This document shows positions 39,532 to 49,961 of a DNA stretch of 52,095 bases, one piece after another (the stretch's first letter is position 1; the number at the start of each line of letters is the position of its first letter). Position numbers and translations under genes: made by a program. Origin of the DNA: an uncultured Pseudomonadota bacterium (GTDB lineage: Bacteria; Myxococcota_A; Polyangia; Fen-1088). A model generated the notes under the pieces. That model was given only the letters and a program-made list of their open reading frames with translations, ran no database searches and was not told where the DNA came from. Location of the stretch: positions 1 through 52,095 of the forward strand of contig CAWKBC010000019.1 of NCBI GenBank assembly GCA_963847705.1, given 5' to 3'.

Positions 39532-40604
39532 GCGCCGCGCAATCGCCGCCCACCGGCGCGGAGGCCCCGCGCAGCGCGGCCGACAAGGCGCCGACCGCGC
39601 CGCCGCGACCGAAGCGCCTCCTGCTGCACGCCGGTCTCTTCCTGGCGACCTTCCTGACCACCACCGCGGCCGGCGCGATGCTGCTGCACGCCCGGGCTGG
39701 CCTCGACGGCTGGGAGGCGATCCTCCCCATCGCGGACGGCCTCTCGTATTCGCTCCCGCTGATGTTGATCCTGCTGTCGCACGAGCTCGGGCACTACCTG
39801 GTCGCGCGGCTGCACGGGGTCGACGCCTCGCTCCCCTACTTCATTCCGCTGCCGCCGACCTTCGGCCTCGGCACGATGGGCGCCGTGATCGGCATGCGCA
39901 ACGTGACCTCCGATCGCAAGAAGCTGATCGACATCGGCGCCGCCGGGCCGCTGGCCGGCCTGGTGGTGGCGATCCCCGTCATCCTCTATGGCCTCCACCG
40001 CTCGCCGGTCGGTCCGCTGGTCGCTGGCGCCGAGCAGGAGGGGAACTCTCTGCTCTACGCGCTGCTCAAGCACGTGGCGACCGGGGCCTGGCTCCCCGAC
40101 GGCCAGCGCGACGTCTTCCTTCACCCGACGGCCTGGGCCGGCTGGGTGGGCCTGCTGATCACGATGATCAACCTGATCCCGATCGGGCAGCTCGACGGCG
40201 GGCACATCGCCACCGCCTACTTCGGCAACGGCTACAGCCGGTTCGCGACGCGGCTGCACCGGATCCTCCCCTTCGGCGCGGTGGCTGTCTTCCTGTGGGT
40301 CATGCACGCCACCCGGATCGAGGCCGGCGCGCACTGGAACGAGTCGATCGGCCGGACCATCGCGCTGGTGGCCGCGCTCCCCTGGCTCATCTGGTACATG
40401 ATGATCCGGATCCTGCGGGCGGCGTCGGGCGGGGTGAACCACCCGCCGGTCGACGAGACGCCGCTGCCGCGCAGCCGGAAGCTGCTCTTCTGGGTGATGG
40501 TCCTGGTGTTCGCGGGCGTGCTGATGCCGGTGCCGTTTCGCGCCAGCTTCGCGGGCGGGGACGCCCCGGCGCCCGCGCAGGCCGCGACCACCGCGCGGCT
40601 GTAG
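39528..40604 (+). CDS. Site-2 protease (M50) family membrane metalloprotease
   Basis: HELGH, AGPLAG, NLIPIGQLDGGH. Confidence 0.92.
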   Translation: MSAAQSPPTGAEAPRSAADKAPTAPPRPKRLLLHAGLFLATFLTTTAAGAMLLHARAGLDGWEAILPIADGLSYSLPLMLILLSHELGHYLVARLHGVDASLPYFIPLPPTFGLGTMGAVIGMRNVTSDRKKLIDIGAAGPLAGLVVAIPVILYGLHRSPVGPLVAGAEQEGNSLLYALLKHVATGAWLPDGQRDVFLHPTAWAGWVGLLITMINLIPIGQLDGGHIATAYFGNGYSRFATRLHRILPFGAVAVFLWVMHATRIEAGAHWNESIGRTIALVAALPWLIWYMMIRILRAASGGVNHPPVDETPLPRSRKLLFWVMVLVFAGVLMPVPFRASFAGGDAPAPAQAATTARL

Positions 40605-40639
40605 CCGATGCGGGCGTCGTCGATGCGCGGACGCGGTCC

Positions 40640-41149
40640 ATGAAGGTCCCGCCGTTCGAGATGCCGCTCGCGGAGATCCGGGCCAGTCTGGAGAAGCTGC
40701 GCCGGCCGCTCAGCGTCGCCGTCCTGCGCGCGCGCAACCCCTTCAACGTGGGCGCCATCATCCGGGTGGCGCACTCGTTCCTGGTGCGCGAGATCCTGCT
40801 GGTGGGCGACGAGCGCTTCTACGAGCGCGGCGCGATGGGGATGGACCGCTACGAGAACATCGTCCTCGTGCCGACGGAGGCGGAGTTCATCGCCCGGGTG
40901 CGGGCGGCCGGGCGCCCGCTGCTGGTCTTCGAGAAGGATGCGGCGCGCGTCGATCTGTGGCACGCCGAGCTCCCCGACGACTGCGTGATGCTGTTCGGCA
41001 GCGAGACGGCCGGCGTCTCGCCGGAGATCCTGGAAGCGGCCGATCAGATCATCGGCATCCCGATGTACGGCATCAACCACTCGTTCCCGGTGACGGTCGC
41101 CGCCGGCATCGCCATGGCCGAGTGGACGCGTCGCCACTACGCGACGTAG
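40640..41149 (+). CDS. TrmH/SpoU-family RNA 2'-O-methyltransferase
   Basis: NPFNVGAIIR, FGSETAG, IPMYG..HS.PV.VAAGI. Confidence 0.88.
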   Translation: MKVPPFEMPLAEIRASLEKLRRPLSVAVLRARNPFNVGAIIRVAHSFLVREILLVGDERFYERGAMGMDRYENIVLVPTEAEFIARVRAAGRPLLVFEKDAARVDLWHAELPDDCVMLFGSETAGVSPEILEAADQIIGIPMYGINHSFPVTVAAGIAMAEWTRRHYAT

Positions 41150-41267
41150 GGCGCCGGCTCGAACGACGTCCGTGGCTTGCTCTCGCGGGTACGCTGGCCA
41201 CAGCGCGACGTAGGGCGCCGGCTGGAACGACGTCCGCGGCCTGCTCTCGCGGTTACACTAGCCGCAT
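41140..41267. repeat. Imperfect 64-bp tandem duplication
   Basis: CGCGACGTAGGGCGCCGGCT(C/G)GAACGACGTCCG... starts at 41140 and again at 41204. Confidence 0.9.
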
Positions 41268-41943
41268 GAGCGAGCTGGCGGATACGGTGAACGAAGCGGT
41301 CGAGCGATCGCACGAAGAGGGTGAAGGCGGCGAGGGTGGCGAAGGCGGCGGCAACGAGAGCTCGGGACCGGGGGGGCGACGCGCGCGCTGGACCCTCAAC
41401 GCGGTGGTCGCCATCAGCGTGGCGATCACCGCGACGTTCACGGCGCTCTGCAACGTCAAGAAGGGGAACGTGGTCGAGGCGATGGCGCGCGCCCAGGCCA
41501 GCGGCATCGACGCCTGGGCCTACTATCAGGCCAAGGGGACCAAGCTGAACATCGCCGAGTCGGCGCTGGACAGCCTGCGCATCCAGCGCGAGACGACGCC
41601 CGGCCTCACCAGCGAGGGGCGCGCCTTCATCGATGGCAAGCTGGGCGACTACGCCGAGAAGATCCGCCGCTACGACGTCGAGAAGGAAGAGATCAAGCGA
41701 AAGGCGGAGGGGTTCCACGAGCACTACGAGGTGCTCGACGCCCGGCATGACCAGTTCGACATGGCGGAGGCCCTCGCCTCGATCGCCATCGCGCTGCTCG
41801 GCCTCACCGCGCTGACCCAGAAGAAGTGGCTCTTCTATCTGGCCTGGGGCTTCGCGGCGCTGGGGATCGTGCTGGGGTTGGCCGGCTTCATCGGCCTCGG
41901 GCTGCACCCCGACTTCCTGGCGCGCGCGCTCGGCTCGTCCTAG
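41266..41943 (+). CDS. DUF4337-family membrane protein
   Basis: VAISVAITA, DAWAYYQAKGTK, HDQFD.AEA..SIAIAL. Confidence 0.82.
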   Translation: MSELADTVNEAVERSHEEGEGGEGGEGGGNESSGPGGRRARWTLNAVVAISVAITATFTALCNVKKGNVVEAMARAQASGIDAWAYYQAKGTKLNIAESALDSLRIQRETTPGLTSEGRAFIDGKLGDYAEKIRRYDVEKEEIKRKAEGFHEHYEVLDARHDQFDMAEALASIAIALLGLTALTQKKWLFYLAWGFAALGIVLGLAGFIGLGLHPDFLARALGSS

Positions 41944-42100
41944 CGCGCGCGGGCCAGCCAGAGCTCTCACGCTTCGTCACATCCTGGCGATCCCCCGGCG
42001 ACTCGGGGTCAGGCCCTTGGGTGGGCGCGGCTGCCGCAACATCTGCCGAATCAAGTGGGGCGCGGTCGCGGAGCTGGGGCCGGCCATTTTGATCCGGTCT

Positions 42101-42370
42101 CTAGGACGGGAGCTTCAGCGAGACGTCGCTGCCGCAGAGGGTCAGCCTCTCGGCGACGCTCGCCTCTGCGGCGCGCAGGTGCTTGACGGCCAGGTCTTCG
42201 ATCTGGAGTGACTTGATTCGCGCGCGGCCGATCCTGAGGCCGCCGATCGCCAGGCTGCCCACGGAAAGGGCCCCGATCGCAAAGCCACCGACGGCGACGG
42301 TGGCAATCGCACCGGCGATGCTCGCCAGGCCGCCACCCGTGAAGTGCTTCAGTCGCTTCGGGTACCTCAT
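42101..42370 (-). CDS. Conserved hypothetical protein (Gly/Ala-rich membrane segment)
   Basis: AVGGFAIGALSVGSLAIGGLRIGRARIKSLQIEDL; GGAGG RBS before ATG 42370. Confidence 0.7.
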   Translation of the reverse strand: MRYPKRLKHFTGGGLASIAGAIATVAVGGFAIGALSVGSLAIGGLRIGRARIKSLQIEDLAVKHLRAAEASVAERLTLCGSDVSLKLPS

Positions 42371-42482
42371 GCTTCGCCTCCTCTCGAACACCTCGCCCGA
42401 AACCTGGGCACCCCCGGAGCAGGCGCCAGCGCGAGCGCCGGTCAGCTCTCGAGCCGCTCAGCCACAACCACGGGGCGTCCCC

Positions 42483-43862
42483 TCACGATGGGGCCAGGAT
42501 GGCGAGAGCCTCGACGTGTGGCGTGTGGGGGAGCATGTCGAACGGCGTGACGGCGCGGACGCGGTGGCCGTGCGCCCCGAGGAGGGCCAGATCGCGGGCC
42601 AGCGTCTGGGGATCGCACGAGAGGTAGGCGATGGCGCGTGGGCGGAGACGCGCCACCTCGGCGAGCAGCTCGGGGGCGCAGCCCTTGCGGGGCGGGTTCA
42701 GGACCACGACGTCGGCGCGATCGATTTGTCCCAGCACCTGCGCGGCGTCGCCGGCGACGAAGCGGGCGTTGGCAATACCATTGAGCGCGGCCGACGCCGT
42801 GGCGCCGGCGACGGCGCCCGCGTGCGACTCGATCCCGATCACCTCGGCGGCGTCGCCCGCCAGGGTCAGCGCGATCCCGCCGACGCCGCAATAGGCGTCG
42901 ACCACACGCTCGGTGGGTTGGATCGCCAGCGCGCCGGCGATCGCGGTGTAGGCCAGGGCAGCGACCTCCCGGTTCGCCTGGAAAAACGCGCCCGGCGCGA
43001 GCAGCAGGCGCACGGGGCGGCCCGCGACGTCGAGCTGATCTTCGAGCTCGCCGATCCCGTCGAGGAGACGTTCGTTGTCGCCGCCGGCGTCCGAGAAGAT
43101 GGCGTTGCCGCGCGAACGATTCTCGTGCTCGACGACGCCGATGACCTCGGGGCGGACGGCGCGAAATCGTCGGGCCAGCGCACCGCCGTCCGGCAGTGGG
43201 CGGGCAACCACCCAGACGGCCAGCACGCGCCCTTCATGATTCGCGCGCAGCACGACGTGGCGCAGGTCGCCGGTCGAGGTCCGTTCGTGGTAGGCGCGGA
43301 CACCTGCTTCGTCGAGGAGCGCCCGCAGCGCGACGGCGGTCTGGTCGAGCGGCGGCTCGGCGATCCGGCAGCCCGCGAGATCGACGACGTCATGCGAGCG
43401 CGGCGCGAACGCGCCCAGAACGAGTCCATCTTCGGGTCGCCCTTCTTCTCGGCGCGCGACGACCAGCTTCGATCGGTTCCGGTAGCCGAGCGGGCGCGGC
43501 GAGGCGACGCAGGCCTCGACCTTCAGGTCGGCCAGCACCGGGTGCGCAGCGAGCGCGCGCGCCACGCGGTGGCGCTTCCAGTCCAGCTGCGCCTCGTAGG
43601 CCAGGTGTTGCAGCACGCAGCCGCCGCAGGCGCCGAAGGCGGGGCAGGCAGGCGGACGCCGTGCGGGCGACGGCGCGTCGACCGTCTCCAACCGCGCCCA
43701 GGCGGCGCCCGACTGGCGCGAGACGTGCTCGACGACGCCGCCCACGCGCTCGCCGGGCAGGGCGCCGGCGAGGTGCACGCGGTGGCCGCCGTCCTCGCCG
43801 ACGCCGGCGCCGTCGTCGTCGAGATCGTCGCAGGTGAGCGCGACGCGCTCGCCGGGTCGCAT
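42483..43862 (-). CDS. rlmD: 23S rRNA m5U1939 methyltransferase RlmD
   Basis: C..FGACGGC..QHL, YRNRSK, FFQAN, DAYCGVG, NPPRKG, YLSCDP.TLARD, DMLPHTPHVE. Confidence 0.95.
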   Translation of the reverse strand: MRPGERVALTCDDLDDDGAGVGEDGGHRVHLAGALPGERVGGVVEHVSRQSGAAWARLETVDAPSPARRPPACPAFGACGGCVLQHLAYEAQLDWKRHRVARALAAHPVLADLKVEACVASPRPLGYRNRSKLVVARREEGRPEDGLVLGAFAPRSHDVVDLAGCRIAEPPLDQTAVALRALLDEAGVRAYHERTSTGDLRHVVLRANHEGRVLAVWVVARPLPDGGALARRFRAVRPEVIGVVEHENRSRGNAIFSDAGGDNERLLDGIGELEDQLDVAGRPVRLLLAPGAFFQANREVAALAYTAIAGALAIQPTERVVDAYCGVGGIALTLAGDAAEVIGIESHAGAVAGATASAALNGIANARFVAGDAAQVLGQIDRADVVVLNPPRKGCAPELLAEVARLRPRAIAYLSCDPQTLARDLALLGAHGHRVRAVTPFDMLPHTPHVEALAILAPS

Positions 43863-43868
43863 GGCGCC

Positions 43869-44873
43869 TCAGCGCCCCGGCGGGGCGCCAATCGCCGCCG
43901 CCAGCTTGGGGAGCGAGACGTCGTAGCGGTAGGCCGTCCCGCGGTGGCCGTCGTCGAACTCCTGGTGCTCGCAGGCGATGCCCAGCGCGCGCAGCCGCGC
44001 CACGAAGATGCGCGCGCCCAGATCCAGGTTGTGCTCGTCGCGCGTCCCGGCGTCGAGGAACAGCAGCTTCATCCGGCGCAGCGCCTCGGCGTGCGCCGCC
44101 AGCAGCTCGATCGGGTCCCAGGCCTTCCAGCGCTTCCAGACCGTCCAGTCGATCTCACCGGTCTCGACGTCGAAGGGGAGCGCCACGCCGCCCGGCCGGC
44201 CAGCCTCGGGCGAATAGGCGCCCGCCTGGGCCAGGACCATCATGGTCGTGGTGTCGTCGCCGCTCTTCTTTTCACTGGCCTCGAAGTTTTCGACGAACGC
44301 GGGGACGCCACCCCGCCGGCGCAAGGTCCGCGCGGCGACGGGAAGATCCTTGAGCGCCGACAGCTCGAAGGCCATGTCGCCGGCGTGGCTGGCGACGGCC
44401 GCGAAGAGCTGGGGGTGGCGCATGGCCAACACCAGCGCGCCGAAGCCGCCCGACGACTTGCCGCCGATGGCCCGGGCCTCGCGCGTGGCCACGGTCCGAT
44501 AGCGCGCATCGATGGCGGGGATCACCTCGCGCGTCAGGTGCGTCTCGTAGTTTCCGAGCGCGGGCGAGTCGAGGTACTGCGCGCCCCCCCAGCGGGTGAA
44601 GCAGTCGGGCGCGACGACGATCGCCTCGCCCATCGCGCCGCTGCCGACCAGGCGCTCGAGCCGCGCGTCCAGCCCCGGCTGCCAGGGATTCCCAGAGAAC
44701 AGCATCTCGCCGGTGCCGGCGTAGCCGGCCAACCAATGGATGACCGGATAGCGCCGGGCCGATTCGCGCGCGTACGACGGGGGCAACCAGACGGCGATCC
44801 GGCGCGCCGTCGGGTCACCGAGGGGATTGCCGACGAGCGCGCGGCTCTCGACCGTTTCGATCACGACCGACAT
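43869..44873 (-). CDS. Putative esterase (Fes/enterochelin esterase-like alpha/beta hydrolase)
   Basis: NPLGDP..R...VWLPPSY, GKSSGGFGA, DAGTRDE, FDDGH. Confidence 0.88.
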   Translation of the reverse strand: MSVVIETVESRALVGNPLGDPTARRIAVWLPPSYARESARRYPVIHWLAGYAGTGEMLFSGNPWQPGLDARLERLVGSGAMGEAIVVAPDCFTRWGGAQYLDSPALGNYETHLTREVIPAIDARYRTVATREARAIGGKSSGGFGALVLAMRHPQLFAAVASHAGDMAFELSALKDLPVAARTLRRRGGVPAFVENFEASEKKSGDDTTTMMVLAQAGAYSPEAGRPGGVALPFDVETGEIDWTVWKRWKAWDPIELLAAHAEALRRMKLLFLDAGTRDEHNLDLGARIFVARLRALGIACEHQEFDDGHRGTAYRYDVSLPKLAAAIGAPPGR

Positions 44874-44905
44874 CGCGCGGTCAGTGTGTCATAGTCCGGC
44901 CGGCC

Positions 44906-46384
44906 GTGACCGCTCCGTCGACGCGAATCCTGGTTCCGTTGCCCGTGCTGACGTTGACCCTGGCGCTCGCGCTCGGCTCGGCCTCTCCGGCGCGCGCGGG
45001 CAAGCCGGCCAAGGCGGCGCCCGCCACCCCCTCGTCCGTCGCGGCGCCCAAGCTGGACGTCAAGAGCTGGACGCTGCCCAACGGGCTGCAGGTCCTCTTC
45101 CTGGCCGACCACAAGGCGCCCATCGCGACGGTGCAGGTTTTCTATCATGTCGGATCGAAGGACGAGCACGTGGGGATCCGGGGCGTCGCCCACATGTTCG
45201 AGCACATGATGTTCAAGGGGTCCGAGCACGTTCCGCCCGAGGAGCACGCGCGCCTGCTCAAGGAAGTGGGCGGGGTGGTCAACGCCTTCACCACCGAGGA
45301 TCTGACCGCCTACCACGACACGGTGCCACCGTCGTACGTCGGCTTCGCGCTGCAGCTGGAGGCCGAGCGGATGCGGAACCTCAAGCTGTTTCAGGCGACG
45401 GTCGACTCCGAGCGGCACGTGGTGGAGGAGGAGAAGCGCCTGCGCGTGGACAACGATCCGGTCGGCAAGGCGATCGAGAAGTTCCGCGCGCTCGCCTACA
45501 CCAAGCACCCCTACAACTGGACGGCGATCGGCACCATCGAGGATCTGGAGAAGGTCACGCCGGCCGACTGCCAGCGCTTCTACGACACGTTTTATCAGCC
45601 GAACAACGCCACCTTGATCGTGGTGGGCGATCTCGACGAGCAGACGGCCCGCAAGCTGATCGATCAGTATTTCGGGCCGATCCCGCGCGGCCCCGACCAG
45701 CCGCGCAACACGGCGGTCGAACCGCCCCAGACCGCGCCGCGCACCGCCACGCTGCAGATCGAGGTGCAGATCCCCATCATGGTCGGCGGCTACCACATCC
45801 CCCGCGCGGCCGATCCCGATCTGCCGGCGCTGGAGGTGCTGGCGGCCATCTTCTCCGCGGGCGAATCGTCGCGCCTGCCAGAGCGTCTGGTCCGCCACGA
45901 TCACCTGGCGGTCGCCGCCGGCGGCGTCACGGAGTCGATGGAGGATCCTGGTCTCTTCATCGTCTACGCGGCATATCTCCCCAACAAGGACGGCGCGGCG
46001 GTGCAGGCGGCGCTGGCCGAGGAGATCGCGCGCGTGCGTGACAAGCCGGTCGAACCGGCTGAGCTCGACAAGGCCAAGAACGAGCTGGCCGCCGGGTTCG
46101 TCTTCGGCCTGGAGACCGTCGATGGCGTCGCCACGCGGCTGGGCGAGGCGCAGTACGTCGAGGGGGACTGGCACCGCTTCATCGAGGGGGCCACGCGCTA
46201 CCTGGCGGTGACCGCCGCCGACGTGCAGCGGGTGGCGCGCAAGTATCTGGTCGACACCAACCTCACGCGCGTGACGCTCGTGCCGCCCGGGGCGCCCCCG
46301 GCCGCGGTGCCGCCCGCCGCGGCGTCACCCGCCCCGGCGCACCCGGCTGCGGAAACAGGACCGAAAGCGGGGGTGAGCAAGTGA
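44906..46384 (+). CDS. M16B zinc peptidase, catalytic subunit
   Basis: Signal peptide; AHMFEHMMFKGS (HxxEH), NAFTT.D.T.Y, EEKR.R, FYQPNNA. Confidence 0.93.
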   Translation: MTAPSTRILVPLPVLTLTLALALGSASPARAGKPAKAAPATPSSVAAPKLDVKSWTLPNGLQVLFLADHKAPIATVQVFYHVGSKDEHVGIRGVAHMFEHMMFKGSEHVPPEEHARLLKEVGGVVNAFTTEDLTAYHDTVPPSYVGFALQLEAERMRNLKLFQATVDSERHVVEEEKRLRVDNDPVGKAIEKFRALAYTKHPYNWTAIGTIEDLEKVTPADCQRFYDTFYQPNNATLIVVGDLDEQTARKLIDQYFGPIPRGPDQPRNTAVEPPQTAPRTATLQIEVQIPIMVGGYHIPRAADPDLPALEVLAAIFSAGESSRLPERLVRHDHLAVAAGGVTESMEDPGLFIVYAAYLPNKDGAAVQAALAEEIARVRDKPVEPAELDKAKNELAAGFVFGLETVDGVATRLGEAQYVEGDWHRFIEGATRYLAVTAADVQRVARKYLVDTNLTRVTLVPPGAPPAAVPPAAASPAPAHPAAETGPKAGVSK

Positions 46385-48008
46385 CCCGCGCAGGGAATGC
46401 CCGCGCGTCGCTGCTGCTGCCGGTCTTGCTGTCGGGCTTGCCGTCGTTCTTTCCGTTGTTCTTGGGCTGCGCAACGAGCGCGCCGCCGAAGCCGCCGGCG
46501 TCGCCAGGGTCGATCGAGGTGCAGTACGAATCGACGCCCGCCAAGCCGGCCGGGCCGGCTGCCTCGACCTTCTGGACCGGCCGCACCGATCTGATCGCCG
46601 CGCCGCCGCCGCCGAAGCCGGAGGCGCTGGCGCTGCCCAAGATCGATCGCTTCACGCTGACCAACGGGATGCAGGTCATCGTCGTGGCGCGCAAGGAGCT
46701 GCCGGTGGTCAGCTTCGGGCTGGCCGTGCCGGCGGGCGGCTACGACGAGGATCGCGACACCCTGGGCGTCTCCGACTTCGTGGCGGCGATGCTGCGCAAG
46801 GGAACGAAGAACGGAACCAAATCCCGCAGCGCCGACGACATCTCGCGCGCCATCGACTTCGTCGGCGGCGCGCTCGACGCGCAGGCCACGAACGAGGGGA
46901 CCACGGTCTCCTGTTCGGCGCTGTCGAAGGACGCCCCGCTCTGCCTCGATCTGCTCTCGGACGTGCTCCTGCACCCGTCGTTTCCCGAGAGCGAGATGGG
47001 GGACGTGCGCGACCAGATGCTGGCGGCGGTCGCCTCGCGCTACGACAGCCCGGGCGAGCTGGCGGAGGCCCACTTCGACAACCAGCTGTTCGGCGAGAAG
47101 CACCCCAACGGCTGGGTGCTGACCGCCGCCGACGTCCGCAAGCTCGACCGCGCCAAGCTGGAAAAGTTCTGGAAGACCTTCTACCACCCGAACCACGCCA
47201 TCCTGGCGGTGGCCGGCGACGTCGATGCCCTGCGCCTGCGGGCGCAACTGGAGAAGGCGTTCCACGGTTGGGCGCGCGCCAACGTGCCGGCGCGGCCCGG
47301 CTGGACGATCCCCCCGCCACCGGGACGCGGATCCTGCTGGTCGATCGCCCCGACCTGACGCAGGCGACGATCGTGATGGGGCACGCCGGAATCAAGCACG
47401 CCGATCCCCGCTGGTACGCGGTGTCGCTCATGAACTACGTGCTGGGCGGCTCGGACTTCTCGTCGCGTCTCATGACCGAGGTGCGGTCCAAGCGTGGCCT
47501 CACCTACGGCATCGGCTCGTCGTTCGGCGCCTCGCTCTACGAGGGCGCCTTCCGGGTCAGCGCGGCGACCAAGAACGAGACGGTGTGGGACGCGCTGCTG
47601 GCCTCCGTGAACGAGATCCGGCGCATGCAGAGCGAGGGTCCCAGCAACGGTGAGCTGGACAAGGCCAAGGGCTACTACGCTGGCAGCTATCCGTTCAGCC
47701 TGCAGGCGGCGGCCGGAGTCGCCGGCGCGCTGGTGGGCGCCGAGGAGCATGGCCTGGGGATCGGCTACGTGCGCGATCTCCCGCTGCGGCTGGCGGCCGT
47801 CGACGAGGCGCAGGCCAAGGCGGCGGCCAGGGACTTCCTGCACCCCGACGAACTCCTGGTGGTCATCGTCGGCAAGGGAGACGCCATCGAGCCGCAGCTG
47901 GCGAAGAGCGGCATTCAGTACCAGCGGATCAACTTCAAGGACCCGATCAACGCCAGCGAGCGCGCCGCCGCGAAGTCGGTCCCGACCACGCCGGCACCGA
48001 AGAAGTAG
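46381..48008 (+). CDS. M16B peptidase non-catalytic partner subunit (frameshift in C-run near 47310)
   Basis: Lipobox-like FLGC, no HxxEH, FYHPNHA; after the shift NYVLGGSDFSSRL..EVR.KRGLTYG; one extra C joins the two ORFs. Confidence 0.85.
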
Positions 48009-48686
48009 TTACTTTCGCCGGGATCCCAGCGACGACAACGCGAAGGCGCGGCCGAGCAGGGCCAGCGCGTAGCCGCCGAGGACGTCGGCGATGAAGTGTT
48101 GCTTGGTGGTCAGGGTGGAGAGGGCCAGCATCGTCGCCATCAGCAGCGCCAGCCGGCCGAGCCGCGGCCGATCGCGCAGCAGCAGCAGCGACAGCATGGT
48201 GGTGTGCGCCACGTGCAGCGACGGGAAGACGTTGCCCGGCGGATCGACGTGCTGGACCCAGGCCATGAAGGCGTAGGAGAGGTCGGGGTAGGGGGGATAA
48301 AGGACGGGCCGCGGATACTCGGCGCCGACGAAGAGGTGCCCCAGGGCGCCCAGCGCCATCACCAGGACCACCGCCATCGCCGTGCGATCGAAGAGGCGCC
48401 GGTGGCGGAAGCCGCCGATCGCGATCAGGAAGGTCCCCGCGTAGAACGGCAGGTAGCACCAGGCGGTCCAGGGCCAGAACGGGATCGCGTCGTCGAGCCG
48501 CGTGCGCAGGAGCTCGGTCGAGCGCGTCAGGTGGGCGTGGCCGATCCCGAAGTAGACGGCCGATTGAAGCAGCGCCAGGCCGAGCCCCACCGACCAGCGA
48601 TAGGCCGGCGAAGCCAGCGGCCCGGCGGGATCCGCGGCGCCCGCTGGAGATCGCTCGCCCGTGATGGACATCGGCGCAGACGACAT
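48009..48686 (-). CDS. PAP2-family membrane phosphatase/phosphotransferase
   Basis: Multiple TMs, YPRP, NVFPSLHVA, STLTTKQHFIADVLGG. Confidence 0.88.
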   Translation of the reverse strand: MSSAPMSITGERSPAGAADPAGPLASPAYRWSVGLGLALLQSAVYFGIGHAHLTRSTELLRTRLDDAIPFWPWTAWCYLPFYAGTFLIAIGGFRHRRLFDRTAMAVVLVMALGALGHLFVGAEYPRPVLYPPYPDLSYAFMAWVQHVDPPGNVFPSLHVAHTTMLSLLLLRDRPRLGRLALLMATMLALSTLTTKQHFIADVLGGYALALLGRAFALSSLGSRRK

Positions 48687-49927
48687 CAGAGCTGTATTAC
48701 CGCGAATTTGAGATAGTCGCCTTCGGGAAACTGCGGCACCACCGGGTGGTCGAGGGCGGCCCCTCGCACCTCGCGGACTTGCGCGCGCCGGCCGGCCTCC
48801 CGGGCGCCGTCGCGGACGGTGGCCAGGAAGGCCTCCTTTCGGATGTGGCTCGAGCAGGAGGCGGCGCAGAGGATCCCCCCGGGGGCGGTGACCGCGGCGC
48901 AGAGGCGATGCAGCCGGCGATAGGCGGCGAGGCCCGTCTCGAGCGCGCGCTTGCTCGGCGCGAAGCTGGGCGGATCGGAGATGACCAGCTCGAACCGCTC
49001 GCCGGCCGCGGCGGCCCGGGTGAGAAAGGCGAAGGCGTCCTCGGCGGCGAAGCGCGCGTTGCCGACGGGCAGCCGGTTGCGCTCGAAGTTCCGCCGCGCC
49101 GCCGCGATGGCCGGCGCCGCCACGTCGACGGTGGTGGTGGCGCGCGCGCCGCCGGCCGCGGCGTAGATCGAGAACCCGCCGGTGTAGCCGAACAGGTTCA
49201 GCACCCGGCGATCGGGCGCCAGCGTGCGGACCAGCGCCCGGTTCTCGCGCTGATCGAGAAACAGGCCCCCCTTCTGCCCGCGCCGCAGGTCGGCGCCGAA
49301 CCGAAGCCCGTTCTCACGGATCTCGATCTCCCCCTCGGGCGGGGTGCCGTCGAGGGCGAGGGTGCGCTCGCCCTCGGCTTCATCGCCGCTGCGCCCGCGT
49401 GGCCGGCGCTCGAGGATCGCGTCGACGGTCAACCCAGCTTCCCGCGCCGCTGCTCGCAACCGCGCCGGCAGCTCGCGATAGAACGCCCGCGCGCCACCGC
49501 CGTCGTAGCGGATGCTGAGCGCGCTGCCGTAGACGTCGACGTGCACGCCCGGCAGCGCGTCCGCTTCTCCATGAATCCAGCGGAAGGCGTCGGTCGCGCC
49601 GCGGTCGATCGCCCCGAGCCGCCGCGCCAGCGCCTCGACGACCCGCCGATCGAGCTCACGCTCCACCTCCAGCTCGCCGCCGGCGCCCAGGATCCGGACG
49701 GCGATCGGTGAAGTCGCGTCCCAGAACCCGCGCGCCAGCGGCCGCCCGTCGGTGCCCGCCACCAGCACCACGCTCCCCTCGGCGATCCGCGGGGAGGCGG
49801 CCAGCGCATCTCGATAGATCCAGGGATGCCCGCCCCGGATCGCCCGCCCCAGCTTTTTCCGCAGGACCACCCGCGGCAGACCATTCGATCGCGTGAGGGA
49901 GCGCGAGCTTTGCTCGCGCGGACTCAT
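48686..49927 (-). CDS. rlmI: RlmI-type class I SAM-dependent rRNA methyltransferase
   Basis: GHPWIY PUA domain, GQKGGLFLDQRENR, VLNLFGYTGGFS, DPPSFA, ASCS, YLK. Confidence 0.85.
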   Translation of the reverse strand: MSPREQSSRSLTRSNGLPRVVLRKKLGRAIRGGHPWIYRDALAASPRIAEGSVVLVAGTDGRPLARGFWDATSPIAVRILGAGGELEVERELDRRVVEALARRLGAIDRGATDAFRWIHGEADALPGVHVDVYGSALSIRYDGGGARAFYRELPARLRAAAREAGLTVDAILERRPRGRSGDEAEGERTLALDGTPPEGEIEIRENGLRFGADLRRGQKGGLFLDQRENRALVRTLAPDRRVLNLFGYTGGFSIYAAAGGARATTTVDVAAPAIAAARRNFERNRLPVGNARFAAEDAFAFLTRAAAAGERFELVISDPPSFAPSKRALETGLAAYRRLHRLCAAVTAPGGILCAASCSSHIRKEAFLATVRDGAREAGRRAQVREVRGAALDHPVVPQFPEGDYLKFAVIQL

Positions 49928-49961
49928 CGCGGGGGGCGCGGGACCCTTTGAGGGTCCCGAT

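Noticed and set aside
42183-44894. 903-aa plus-strand ORF
   Set aside because: Antisense shadow of rlmD and the esterase gene.
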